DNA of 64,000 bases from Candidatus Falkowbacteria bacterium. Lineage in GTDB: Bacteria > Patescibacteriota > Patescibacteriia > CAIXNZ01. The stretch covers positions 21,913-85,912 of the forward strand of contig JAFGMD010000021.1 of assembly GCA_016927685.1 (NCBI GenBank). Direction: 5' to 3'. The notes beneath the pieces were generated by a model. The model had not been told where the DNA came from. It was given only the letters and a program-made list of their open reading frames with translations, and made no database searches. A program made the position numbers and the translations under genes. Shown here one piece after another: positions 37,208 to 45,896 of the stretch. Each line of letters begins with the position of its first letter. Position 1 is the stretch's first letter.

Positions 37208-37726
37208 GTGTTCATTAAAACAAACCAATTTATTATTAGGCCATTTAAGCTTTCAGATGCAGCAGATTTAGCAAGGAACATAAATAATGCTAAGGTTGCC
37301 AGATATACAACTTCGATTCCTTATCCCTACAAATTGCAATACGCTCATGATTGGCTAGCAAAACAAATAAAAACATACGAGGAAAAACGGCCAGAAAATA
37401 TTGTTTGGGCAATTGAAATTGATAGGGAAGTAGTCGGTGCCATTGGCATCCATAAAATTATTTATGGGCATAAGGCTGAACTTGGCGCTTGGATCGCCCA
37501 AAAACATTGGAATAAGGGAATCATGACTCAGGTTATTAAAATTATGACTGATTATGCTTTTAAGTCTTTTAAGCTCAAAAGAATCTACGCCAGAATTTTT
37601 ACGCCAAATTTAGGCTCAAAAGCAGTGGCGGAAAAAAATGGTTTTAAATTAGAAGGTATTATGAAAAAAGATGCGAAAAAAGATGGTAAATATTATGACG
37701 TTTATCTGCTTTCTAAAACAAAATAA
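37208..37726 (+). CDS. GNAT family N-acetyltransferase (RimL/RimJ-like)
   Basis: Acetyl-CoA binding-region pattern (VVGAIGIH...AELGAWIAQKHWNKGIMT). The likely GTG start at 37208 has an RBS aggagg 7 nt upstream; the track ORF begins at 37172. Confidence 0.55.
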   Translation: MFIKTNQFIIRPFKLSDAADLARNINNAKVARYTTSIPYPYKLQYAHDWLAKQIKTYEEKRPENIVWAIEIDREVVGAIGIHKIIYGHKAELGAWIAQKHWNKGIMTQVIKIMTDYAFKSFKLKRIYARIFTPNLGSKAVAEKNGFKLEGIMKKDAKKDGKYYDVYLLSKTK

Positions 37727-37776
37727 AAACGACAAAAAGCGCCTTAACGTATTTAGCAAGGCGCTTTTTTATTTTT

Positions 37777-39279
37777 GTGTTTTATGTTAAAATTACATTA
37801 AATATGGCGGAAAATCCTCAAAATATTGCTAAAAATACGACTTGGCTAACCTCGGCATATATCTTCCAAAAGATATTTGCCTTTATTTATTTTACTCTAA
37901 TCGCCCGCTGGTTAGGCGCAACTGATATTGGAGTTTATACCTTTGCAATTTCTTTGACAACATTAATGGCGATTTTTATAGATTTTGGTTTGTCTAATGT
38001 TTTAATTCGGGAAGCAGCTAAATATAAAGATAAAGCTAATGACTATCTAAACAACATAATAAGCTTAAAATTGCTATTTTCTGTTATAACCTATATTTTG
38101 GTCGTTATTATTATTAACCTGCTAAATAAAAGCCATATTTCATTAATAATGGTCTATTTAGCGGGCATAGCAATGGTTTTTGACTCTTTTACTCTTAGTT
38201 TTTGGGCAATTTTTCGTGCTTATCAAAATTTAAAATATGAGGCAATTAGTATTGTTATTAATCAGATTTTAATTTCTATAGTGGGTATTATTGGCTTATT
38301 ATTAAAATTTCCTCTTTATATTTTAATTATTGCCTTAGTTTGCGGCAGTTTATTTAGTTTTTTATATTCGCTGATTCTTCTAAAAACAAAATTGAAATTT
38401 ATTTTTAAATTAGATTGGAATAAGCAAGTAATAAAATTTTTATTTTATATTGCAGTACCCTTTGCTTTGGCTGGCATATTTGCCAGAGTTTACAGTTATA
38501 TTGATCAAATTTTACTTTCGGTTTTGATAGGCGATAAATATTTGGGTTGGTATGAAATTGGATACAAGATTACTTTTGCCCTGCAGTTTGTCCCGGCTGC
38601 TTTTGCTGCGGCAGTTTATCCGGCTATGAGCCATTCGTTTGTAAATGATAAAGAGCGTTTAAAAATAATATTTGAAAAATCCATATTTTTATTACTTATA
38701 TTTTCTGTACCTGCAGCAGCCGGAATTGCCCTGTTATCAGATCAAATAATCTTATTGCTCTATACCAGCGAATTTCAGCCGTCTATTTTAGCCATGCAAA
38801 TTATTATCTTCAGCATCATTGCTATGTTTTTAAATTATCCAATAGGTTCATTGCTTAATTCTTGCGACAAGCAAATTGTTAATACGATTAATGTCGGCAT
38901 AGCCATGCTTTTAAATATAATTTTAAATATAATCTTAATTCCTTTATATCAACATATTGGTGCTGCCATTGCTTGTCTAATATGTCAATTTCTTTTATTT
39001 ATACTAAATCTAATTTGGGTACCAAAAATAATCAATTATAATTGGAAATATTTGCTTATTAAAACATTGAAAACAATATTTTCAGCAATACTAATGTCTA
39101 TAGCGGTAATTTATTTAAAAACTTATCTTAATTTCATAATTGTGGCCATAATCGGAGCATTGCTTTATGGTTCGATTATGTATTTAATTAAGGGTTTTAC
39201 CAAGGAAGATATTATATATTTAGTACAGGCAATATTTAAAAAAACTCCTTATGAAAAAGAGCTTATTGATAACAATTGA
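37777..39279 (+). CDS. Wzx-like oligosaccharide/polysaccharide flippase (MOP superfamily)
   Basis: About 14 TM helices in the Wzx/MATE-like architecture. The likely start is ATG 37804 (MAENPQ). Confidence 0.6.
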   Translation: MFYVKITLNMAENPQNIAKNTTWLTSAYIFQKIFAFIYFTLIARWLGATDIGVYTFAISLTTLMAIFIDFGLSNVLIREAAKYKDKANDYLNNIISLKLLFSVITYILVVIIINLLNKSHISLIMVYLAGIAMVFDSFTLSFWAIFRAYQNLKYEAISIVINQILISIVGIIGLLLKFPLYILIIALVCGSLFSFLYSLILLKTKLKFIFKLDWNKQVIKFLFYIAVPFALAGIFARVYSYIDQILLSVLIGDKYLGWYEIGYKITFALQFVPAAFAAAVYPAMSHSFVNDKERLKIIFEKSIFLLLIFSVPAAAGIALLSDQIILLLYTSEFQPSILAMQIIIFSIIAMFLNYPIGSLLNSCDKQIVNTINVGIAMLLNIILNIILIPLYQHIGAAIACLICQFLLFILNLIWVPKIINYNWKYLLIKTLKTIFSAILMSIAVIYLKTYLNFIIVAIIGALLYGSIMYLIKGFTKEDIIYLVQAIFKKTPYEKELIDNN

Positions 39280-40363
39280 TTTTCCGCCAAAAACCGGAGG
39301 CGTAGCCAATTATTTATCTAATTTGAGCGAAAATTTGCCTCATGATAAAATAGTTGTTTTGGCTGATAAAAAAGTAGGGCAAAAGTTGCATCATGAAATA
39401 AAATATCAATTGATTAAAGTTGATTTGTTTTTTAAATATTTCTGGCCTCACTGGTTAAAATCTTACTTTGAGGCCAAGAAAGTAATTAATGAACATAAAA
39501 TTGAACAATTGATTATCAGTCATGTTATTCCTATGGGTTATGTTTGTTTAATGCTTAAATTGCCTTATTTTGTGATTTTACACGGTTATGACATTGTTTT
39601 GGCCAGAAGATCTGCCTGGAAAAGATATTGGCTTGAAAAAATATTGAATAAATCAGAGCATATTATTGTAAATAGTAATTTTACGAAAAATGAAGTTTTG
39701 ACTCTCGGTATTAAGGAAAACAAAATAACTATAGTTAATCCATGTCCTAATTTTGTTAAAATGCAAATAAATGAAACTGAAAGGCAAATCATTAAAAATG
39801 AATTAGATTTACATCATAAAAAAATATTATTATCAGTTGGCCGGCTTATTCCCAGAAAAGGTTTTGATAAAGTTATTGAAGCCTTGCCGCAAGTTATAAA
39901 ACAAATACCAAATTTAACTTACATGATTGTGGGTAACGGTTCTGATGATAAACGCCTAGAAAAAATAGCTCAAGATTTGGGCGTTCTCAAAAATATCACA
40001 ATTATCAAAGATGTGCCTGATACAAATTTGCCTGCTTATTATTCTTTGGCAGATATTTTCATTATGCCTTCCAGAATTATAAATAAAAGTGATGTTGAGG
40101 GGTTTGGCATTGTTTATTTGGAAGCAAATCTTTTAGGCAAACCAGTTATTGCTGGAAAAAGCGGGGGAGTAGAAGACGCTGTTATTGATAATCAAACTGG
40201 TCTATTAGTTGATCCGGAAGATGTAAATAGCATTGCTATAGCTATTATTAAATTATTTACTGATCAAAATTTAGCGAACACATTGGGTGTTCAGGGTAAA
40301 GAAAGGGTAGAAAAAGAATTTTGTTGGTCAAAACAAATTGGTAAAATAGAAAATTTATTGTAA
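39251..40363 (+). CDS. glycosyltransferase family 4 (GT-B, group 1)
   Basis: C-terminal GT4 motifs (SRIINKSDVEGFGIVYLEANLLGKPVIAGKSGGVEDAV). Confidence 0.7.
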   Translation: MKKSLLITIDFPPKTGGVANYLSNLSENLPHDKIVVLADKKVGQKLHHEIKYQLIKVDLFFKYFWPHWLKSYFEAKKVINEHKIEQLIISHVIPMGYVCLMLKLPYFVILHGYDIVLARRSAWKRYWLEKILNKSEHIIVNSNFTKNEVLTLGIKENKITIVNPCPNFVKMQINETERQIIKNELDLHHKKILLSVGRLIPRKGFDKVIEALPQVIKQIPNLTYMIVGNGSDDKRLEKIAQDLGVLKNITIIKDVPDTNLPAYYSLADIFIMPSRIINKSDVEGFGIVYLEANLLGKPVIAGKSGGVEDAVIDNQTGLLVDPEDVNSIAIAIIKLFTDQNLANTLGVQGKERVEKEFCWSKQIGKIENLL

Positions 40364-40400
40364 GTAAAAACCCCTTGATATTATCGCGGGGTTTTGGTGG

Positions 40401-40583
40401 CTATTTTTGCGTAAAAATGACGACAAGCGCAAATTTGTCTTCTTGATACTCACTTGATGTATAATGTGAAAATTCAACAGATGGAATTACCTGGAGAACT
40501 TTTTTGTCACTAGCTTTAAAAAAGCTGTCAAAACTTTTTTCTACTTTTTCAGCATCTCCCCTAAATATTTTGCATTTTGTCAT
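40401..40583 (-). CDS. Cse60-like small protein (copy 1)
   Basis: Exactly 60 aa. MTKCKIFRGDAEKVEKSFDSFF...VLQVIPSVEFSHYT...KFALVVIF aligns with my recollection of the Cse60 family (M.KVK.FD..HEKDLE...FL....IIDIKYQVS.......YCFSALIIF). Strong RBS aaggaggtag. Confidence 0.4.
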   Translation of the reverse strand: MTKCKIFRGDAEKVEKSFDSFFKASDKKVLQVIPSVEFSHYTSSEYQEDKFALVVIFTQK

Positions 40584-40664
40584 TTTCTACCTCCTTATTT
40601 TATTGATTTATTAATTTATCATAATATTTATATAATGTCAAGCAATCCCAAATTGAATATCATA

Positions 40665-40730
40665 ATGTTTAACATGTCAAAATATGGCGATTGGCAAAAA
40701 GGAATTGCCAAGATTGAAAATTTATTGTAA
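40665..40730 (+). pseudogene. chimeric 21-codon remnant: the 5' end of the downstream GT gene fused to the 3' end of the upstream GT gene
   Basis: MFNMSKYGDWQKGIA|KIENLL*. The first part matches the 40996 gene N-terminus (MFNMSKYSDWQKGIA) and the last part matches the 39251 gene C-terminus (GKIENLL*). It is followed by a copy of that gene's terminator. Confidence 0.5.
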
Positions 40731-40775
40731 ATATAAAAACCCCTAATATATTTAATCAGGGGTTTATAAATGGCC

Positions 40776-40937
40776 TTAATAAATAACTGTGATGATTAAA
40801 TGCTTTCGGTCATCTGGCAAGTCTCCCGTATAATTATAATATGATTGTACTACGTGAAGCGGTTTCTTATCGCGTAGAAACCTATTCAACTTATTCTGCA
40901 CTTCTTTAATCGGACCGTCAAATATACGACACTTCAT
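40776..40937 (-). CDS. Cse60-like small protein (copy 2, paralog)
   Basis: Manual translation gives MKCRIFDGPIKEVQNKLNRFLRDKKPLHVVQSYYNYTGDLPDDRKHLIITVIY (53 aa). Strong RBS aaaggaggtgaaaaaa. The N-terminus parallels copy 1 (M.KC.IF.G...V...). Confidence 0.35.
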   Translation of the reverse strand: MKCRIFDGPIKEVQNKLNRFLRDKKPLHVVQSYYNYTGDLPDDRKHLIITVIY

Positions 40938-40995
40938 TTTTTTCACCTCCTTTGCTATTTTTAAGTTATCACAGTACTTAATTTATGTCAATTTT

Positions 40996-42183
40996 ATGCA
41001 AAAATTAAATATTATAATGTTTAACATGTCCAAATACAGCGATTGGCAAAAAGGAATTGCCAATCGTAATTATCATATTTTGCATAATTTAGTTAAGCAT
41101 GAGGAAATAAACAAAGTTATTGCTGTAGATTTTCTACCTTTTAACTGGAAAAGGGCAATTAAAACTTTTATTTATGATCAAATTATTAAAGATACTAGGG
41201 GCAAGATAATTTTTGGCGATTTAACTTCTAGATGCTGGCAAATCTCCAGCAAAATATTAGTTTATTCAACCATTGATTCTATGTTGAATAAAGAAAGGAT
41301 TATTTCGGAATTAAAAAGGATTATAGATAAAGAGGGGATGAACAGTAATTTAATTGTCTGGAATTATAATCCTATGTTTGTTGATTATTTTAATCAATTT
41401 GGCCAAAAGCTTAATATTTTTGATACAGTAGATAATTGGCTAGAACATTCAAGTTATGAAACATACAAAAAGGTTCTGCAGAAAAATTATAATTTAATTA
41501 AAGATGGCAGTGATTTAATTTTTACTGTTTCAGAAAATTTAAAACAAAGCTTATTTAGTAACCAAGAAAATACATATTGGATCCCTAATGCAGTAGATTT
41601 AGAATATTTTCAAAGCCAAACAAATATTTCAGAAAAATTAAAAAATATTCCCAAACCAATAATTGGTTTTTTAGGTATCTTACAAGATAGAATTGATGAT
41701 GAAATCTTGCTATATTTAGCTAAAAAAAATCCAGACAAATCACTGGTTTTAGCTGGACCTATCTGGAAAAACTTTCCTAAGAAAAAATTTGAAGGACTAA
41801 AAAATGTCTATTTTTTGGGGCAAATAAATCATTTAGAAATACCATCGCTTTATAATGGTTTTGATGTGGGCATTATTCCTTATAAAATCAATGCCTTTAT
41901 CAAATCCACTGACCCCATGAAATATTATGAATATATAGCCGCTAATTTGCCAGTTGTTTCAACTCCAGCGCCAGGCATTGATCGCTTTGGGAATTTAATT
42001 TCCATTGCTAATAATCTTGAAGATTTTAATGATTTTGTTAATCAAGCGATTAAAGGGGGGAAAGAAAAAAAGAAAGATGAAAGAATTAAGATTCTTCATG
42101 GAAATACTTGGAATGATAGAATCGAACAGATGCTTAAATTGGTAAACGCAAAACTCAACCCCCATAGTCATTCCGAGCGTTAG
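40996..42183 (+). CDS. glycosyltransferase (GT-B fold, group 1-like); the C-terminal 6 codons and the stop are supplied by an inserted TIR element
   Basis: The GT-B C-terminal region (GILQDRIDDE...LAGPIW...GFDVGIIPYK). The tail ...PHSHSER* is encoded by the left arm of the GIY-YIG element. Confidence 0.6.
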   Translation: MQKLNIIMFNMSKYSDWQKGIANRNYHILHNLVKHEEINKVIAVDFLPFNWKRAIKTFIYDQIIKDTRGKIIFGDLTSRCWQISSKILVYSTIDSMLNKERIISELKRIIDKEGMNSNLIVWNYNPMFVDYFNQFGQKLNIFDTVDNWLEHSSYETYKKVLQKNYNLIKDGSDLIFTVSENLKQSLFSNQENTYWIPNAVDLEYFQSQTNISEKLKNIPKPIIGFLGILQDRIDDEILLYLAKKNPDKSLVLAGPIWKNFPKKKFEGLKNVYFLGQINHLEIPSLYNGFDVGIIPYKINAFIKSTDPMKYYEYIAANLPVVSTPAPGIDRFGNLISIANNLEDFNDFVNQAIKGGKEKKKDERIKILHGNTWNDRIEQMLKLVNAKLNPHSHSER

Positions 42184-42575
42184 CGAGGAATCCAAAACAT
42201 CTGATATATGAAACAATATTGCGTTTATATAATGACCAACAAAATCGACTCAGTTGACTATACTGGAATAACAAATGATTTATTTAGAAGAGTCTATGAG
42301 CACAAAACTCATTTTAATGAAAAAAGTTTTACCTCAAAGTATAATATAAATAAATTAGTATATTTTGAAGAATATAATAATCCCAAGCAAGCCATTAACC
42401 GAGAGAAGCAAATCAAGGGCTTGAGTCGGGAAAAGAAATTTAATCTAATTAAAACAATAAATCCTAATTTTAATGACTTAGCAAGGGATTGGTATAAAGA
42501 TAACCAGGCCGAGCATAAGGAACAACCGACTTAACCTAGGTTATAGATTCCACGCTGCGCTCTGAATGACAGTTG
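42163..42575. mobile_element. TIR-bounded element carrying a GIY-YIG nuclease gene (putative autonomous member of the MITE family seen at 44967-45050)
   Basis: The left arm gtcattccgagcgttagcgaggaatcc (42167-42193) and the right arm ggttatagattccacgctgcgctctgaatgacag (42539-42572) are about 80% identical to the two arms of the 84-bp MITE. The GIY-YIG ORF replaces the central loop of the MITE. Confidence 0.55.
42208..42534 (+). CDS. GIY-YIG nuclease family protein (COG2827-like)
   Basis: 108 aa; CVYIMTN...DYTGITNDLFRRVYEHK...FTSKY...LVYFEEY...REKQIKG matches the GIY-YIG core and is paralogous to the 6093..6338 protein. Confidence 0.8.
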   Translation: MKQYCVYIMTNKIDSVDYTGITNDLFRRVYEHKTHFNEKSFTSKYNINKLVYFEEYNNPKQAINREKQIKGLSREKKFNLIKTINPNFNDLARDWYKDNQAEHKEQPT

Positions 42576-42598
42576 CGGCTCGGCTTTCATAAATATAT

Positions 42599-43468
42599 AT
42601 GGACTTATCAATAATTATAGTAAGCTGGAATGTAAAGGAGTTATTGGAAAAATGCTTAAAATCTATTTATGAAAAAACTCAAGGCATTGAGTTTGAAGTT
42701 GTTTTAATTGATAATGCCTCGAAAGATGGCTCCGCACAAATGGTTTTAACTAAATTCCCGCAAGTGATCTTAATCGCGTCCAATGAAAATCTTGGTTTTG
42801 CCAAAGCTAACAATTTGGCATTAGAACAAGCAAGCGGCAAATATGTTTTATTCATGAACCCGGATATGGAGCTAATAGAAAATTCATTTCCTAAATTAAT
42901 TGAATTGATGGATAAAGATCCCAAAATCGCTTTATCAACCTGTCAATTAATTTACCCTGATGGTTCAAAACAAAATAATGTTAAGAATAATCCTAGACTT
43001 TGCGACCAGCTTTTAATACTTCTAAAACTTCATCATTTTTTTCAGCCTCAATGCTTAAAAAGATATTTAGCCAAAGATTTTGATTATGCCAAAGAACAAG
43101 AGGTTAAACAGATAATGGGTGCGTTTATGTTTGGCAGGGCAGATATAATAAAAGAAATGGAGGGATTTGATATTGATTATTTTTTATGGTGGGAAGATTT
43201 AGATTTATGTAAAAGAGTACAAGATGCCGGTTATAAAATTATTTATACTCCAATTACAAAAGTTATTCATTACGAGGCTAAGTCCTTTGAGCAGCAACAA
43301 AGTTTAGAAAAACAAATTAGGTTTAATAGGGGAATGAGATTGTATTTTAGAAAACATTTTGGTTTATTAGTTTATTGGTTAATTGGTTTATTTGGATTCA
43401 TAAGTTTAGGCCTAGCTTGGCTAAGCCAGATCCTTAAAATCAAGTCAAAACCACAGTCAAAAATTTAA
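42599..43468 (+). CDS. glycosyltransferase family 2
   Basis: LSIIIVSWN...IDNASKDGS...NLGFAKANN...FMNPDME...DEDLDLC, a typical GT2 N-terminus with DxD and ED motifs. Confidence 0.75.
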   Translation: MDLSIIIVSWNVKELLEKCLKSIYEKTQGIEFEVVLIDNASKDGSAQMVLTKFPQVILIASNENLGFAKANNLALEQASGKYVLFMNPDMELIENSFPKLIELMDKDPKIALSTCQLIYPDGSKQNNVKNNPRLCDQLLILLKLHHFFQPQCLKRYLAKDFDYAKEQEVKQIMGAFMFGRADIIKEMEGFDIDYFLWWEDLDLCKRVQDAGYKIIYTPITKVIHYEAKSFEQQQSLEKQIRFNRGMRLYFRKHFGLLVYWLIGLFGFISLGLAWLSQILKIKSKPQSKI

Positions 43469-43477
43469 AATAAAAAG

Positions 43478-44200
43478 CCCCACATTTTATGTGAGGCTGT
43501 AAATTCGCCGGTGAGGAGGTTGCTTGGCATCCAGATTACTCTGGACGAGCATAGAGTTCTCTTGGTGCTTGCCGAAGTGGACCCGAGAATCTATCCTCGC
43601 TTTGATATCCGAGTACTTTTCTATCGCAAGCCCTGACAAATTTCCCTGGACATCTCTGGCGGCATCGAAGTCCAGACACATACCGTGCATTTCTACGTTC
43701 GTCAACGTAGTTGAGCGTAGCCATTTGGCCTTGTAAAACCCCTGCACTAATACATGCCCAGAAAGCCACCCTCTCTCCTCCTCGATCTGTAATAAACATT
43801 AACAAACGAATAAAATAATGTCAAATAAAAAGCCCCACATTGCTGCAGGGCTGAATTTACAAATGATTGGAAGGGTTAGAACAGCATTGCTGAACAACAA
43901 TGCCGACGGCGACCAAATGGGTCTGCTCCTAACCTGACGTTTTTATAATGGCTCGGTCAGCGCCCTTTGTCCATCCAACCATTTACCTGATGGCAAGTCG
44001 TGGGAGAGGAAAGGCTTTGGAAAGAAAAGGCAGTTATTGCCCTTGCGTATTTCAACGCAAATTTCCTTCTTTTCTGCCCAGATGCTCTTGCCAGCTTACT
44101 AGGCAGTATTCCCACTTCAGGATTTGAATAATGATGATCGCTACCAAGGACAAAGCCCATGGGAGTGATGCTAATAAAATATCAAATGGATCAGTTTTTG
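43478..44200. other. GC-rich (about 48%) segment with no credible ORF; contains two terminator-like hairpins sharing the head aaaaagccccacatt
   Basis: Only short overlapping ORFs in several frames (43487..43747-, 43524..43736+, 43536..43805-, 43957..44160-) with implausible composition. aaaaagccccacattttatgtgaggct at 43475 and aaaaagccccacattgctgcagggct at 43831. Confidence 0.4.
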
Positions 44201-44207
44201 TCAACAT

Positions 44208-45761
44208 ATGAATATTCTCAAAAAAAATAAAATTCTCACCGTATTTTTACTGATTTTTTTAGTGGAAATGTTATCACTAATCAGTTTTAAAATTGCCTGG
44301 CTTTCGGGCTTATTTTTTGTTCTGATTTGTACTGGAGTATTTTTAATTACTTGGAAAAAATTAGAATATGGGATATATGTCGTTTTAACAGAATTAATAA
44401 TTGGATCGCAGGGGTATTTATTTTATCTGGTTTTACCTGGATTTAAAGCATCAATTCGCTTGGGAATTTTTCTAATTGTCTTTTTTGTCTGGCTGATAAA
44501 ATATTTGAAACCCAGGATTTTTCTCAATTTATTGAAAAGAGATGCACTTGTTCAAAATTTTATCTTGCTTTTAATTTTTGTCGCCTTCGGAACGATTAAT
44601 GGAATAATAAATAAAAATGGTTTGACTAATGTCTTTTTTGATGTAAATGGCTATTTGTATTTCGGTTTATTTTTCGCTTTTCTTGAAGTATTCAAATCAA
44701 TTGAGCAAATTAAAAAATTTTTAAAAATATTTATTGGCGCCATGATATATGAATGCACTAAGGTATTTTTAACTCTCTATTTATTTTCCCATGATTATTT
44801 CATTAATGCCTCTGATTTATTTTATCACTGGATTCGCGATACCCGAGTAGGGGAGATAACTTATGCCGGAGGCAATTTTTTTAGAATATTTTTTCAGTCG
44901 CAAATTTGGGCTTTGATAGGAATTTTTATTATTATTTGTTTAATAATTTGGGTGATGCAAAAAAAACCGCTCTGTCATCCAGAGCGTAGCGAAGGATCTA
45001 AGACATTGGGGGTTATAGATTCCTCACATTCGTTCGGAATGACAGAGCGGGTTTGGCTTTTTTTGCTGTTAACTATAATCCAAACATCAATTATAATTTC
45101 CTTTTCCCGCAGTTTCTGGGTTGGTGCTATAGCTGCTTTTATAATTTTACTTGGTTATCTAGTCTTTATTTATAAACCAGGATTTAAGATAATAAGCAAA
45201 ATAATTGGTATTTCTGCCAGCTCATTAATTTTAAGTATTTTTTTGGTTATTTTTATTGCCAATTTCCCCATTCCCAAACCATCATCAGAATTATCAGCGC
45301 AGTTAATCGGCGCCAGATTTTTATCCTTTTTTGGCGAAGCAGGAGTTTCTAGCCGTTGGAATGAATTGCCGTCGCTCCTGGAAAAAATAAAACAAAGCCC
45401 CGTATTTGGTTCTGGCCATGGCACAACCATAACTTTTAAATCTGAAGATCCTAGAATTAAAAATGAGCAAAACCCCGAGGGTTGGTATACAACTTATACT
45501 TTTGAATGGGGCTATTTAGACACGCTTATAGAGATAGGAATTCTAGGTTTGCTGGTATGTCTGGTATTTATCGGTCAAATCGCTTATATGGGCCTTAAAA
45601 CGCTTAAAAACAAGGAATATGGCCTGATTTCAGCCGGTTTACTGCTTGGCCTAGTTGCCATGTTAGTCACCCATATGTTTAGCCCTTATTTGAATCATCC
45701 CCTGGGAATAGGATATCTAATGCTGTGCGCCAGCATCTTTAAATCAAAGCCGTCAGATTAA
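44208..45761 (+). CDS. O-antigen ligase / Wzy-like polysaccharide polymerase family membrane protein, with an in-frame MITE insertion
   Basis: A multi-TM protein with a Wzy_C-like block (SFSRSFWVGAIAAFIILLGYLVF) and a large loop. Codons for ...KKPLCHPERSEGSKTLGVIDSSHSFGMTERVWLF... are contributed by the 84-bp palindromic element. Confidence 0.5.
   Translation: MNILKKNKILTVFLLIFLVEMLSLISFKIAWLSGLFFVLICTGVFLITWKKLEYGIYVVLTELIIGSQGYLFYLVLPGFKASIRLGIFLIVFFVWLIKYLKPRIFLNLLKRDALVQNFILLLIFVAFGTINGIINKNGLTNVFFDVNGYLYFGLFFAFLEVFKSIEQIKKFLKIFIGAMIYECTKVFLTLYLFSHDYFINASDLFYHWIRDTRVGEITYAGGNFFRIFFQSQIWALIGIFIIICLIIWVMQKKPLCHPERSEGSKTLGVIDSSHSFGMTERVWLFLLLTIIQTSIIISFSRSFWVGAIAAFIILLGYLVFIYKPGFKIISKIIGISASSLILSIFLVIFIANFPIPKPSSELSAQLIGARFLSFFGEAGVSSRWNELPSLLEKIKQSPVFGSGHGTTITFKSEDPRIKNEQNPEGWYTTYTFEWGYLDTLIEIGILGLLVCLVFIGQIAYMGLKTLKNKEYGLISAGLLLGLVAMLVTHMFSPYLNHPLGIGYLMLCASIFKSKPSD
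44967..45050. mobile_element. 84-bp MITE-like palindromic element with 12-bp perfect terminal inverted repeats
   Basis: ccgctctgtcat...atgacagagcgg. The arms (ccgctctgtcatccagagcgtagcgaaggatctaagacatt and ttatagattcctcacattcgttcggaatgacagagcgg) are joined by ggggg. It is in-frame inside the Wzy-like ORF. Confidence 0.6.
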
Positions 45762-45845
45762 TCAAGAGCTAAAATTTGATCCTTAGACGAGGATCTTTTT
45801 TATTTCTCTTGTGTTCGGTCTTTGTTCGGGTTATAATGTAAGTTG

Positions 45846-45896
45846 AAACACAGATACTTAATCGCTGATAGCACAGATAATATCAGTGAATATCTG
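45846..45896. promoter_or_regulatory. operator-like repeats (cacagata x2 direct, tatctgtg inverted) overlapping the promoter of the 45886..46170 gene
   Basis: acacagatacttaatcgctgatagcacagataatatcagtgaatatctgtg, with a tataat-like -10 (ttataatg) just upstream. Confidence 0.3.

Noticed and set aside
43487-43805. Three overlapping ORFs (86, 70 and 89 aa) in the GC-rich block, and 43957..44160 (67 aa)
   Set aside because: They overlap one another in different frames, lack RBSs and have implausible composition. Long open frames are expected by chance in locally GC-rich DNA. The region is treated as non-coding or a remnant.
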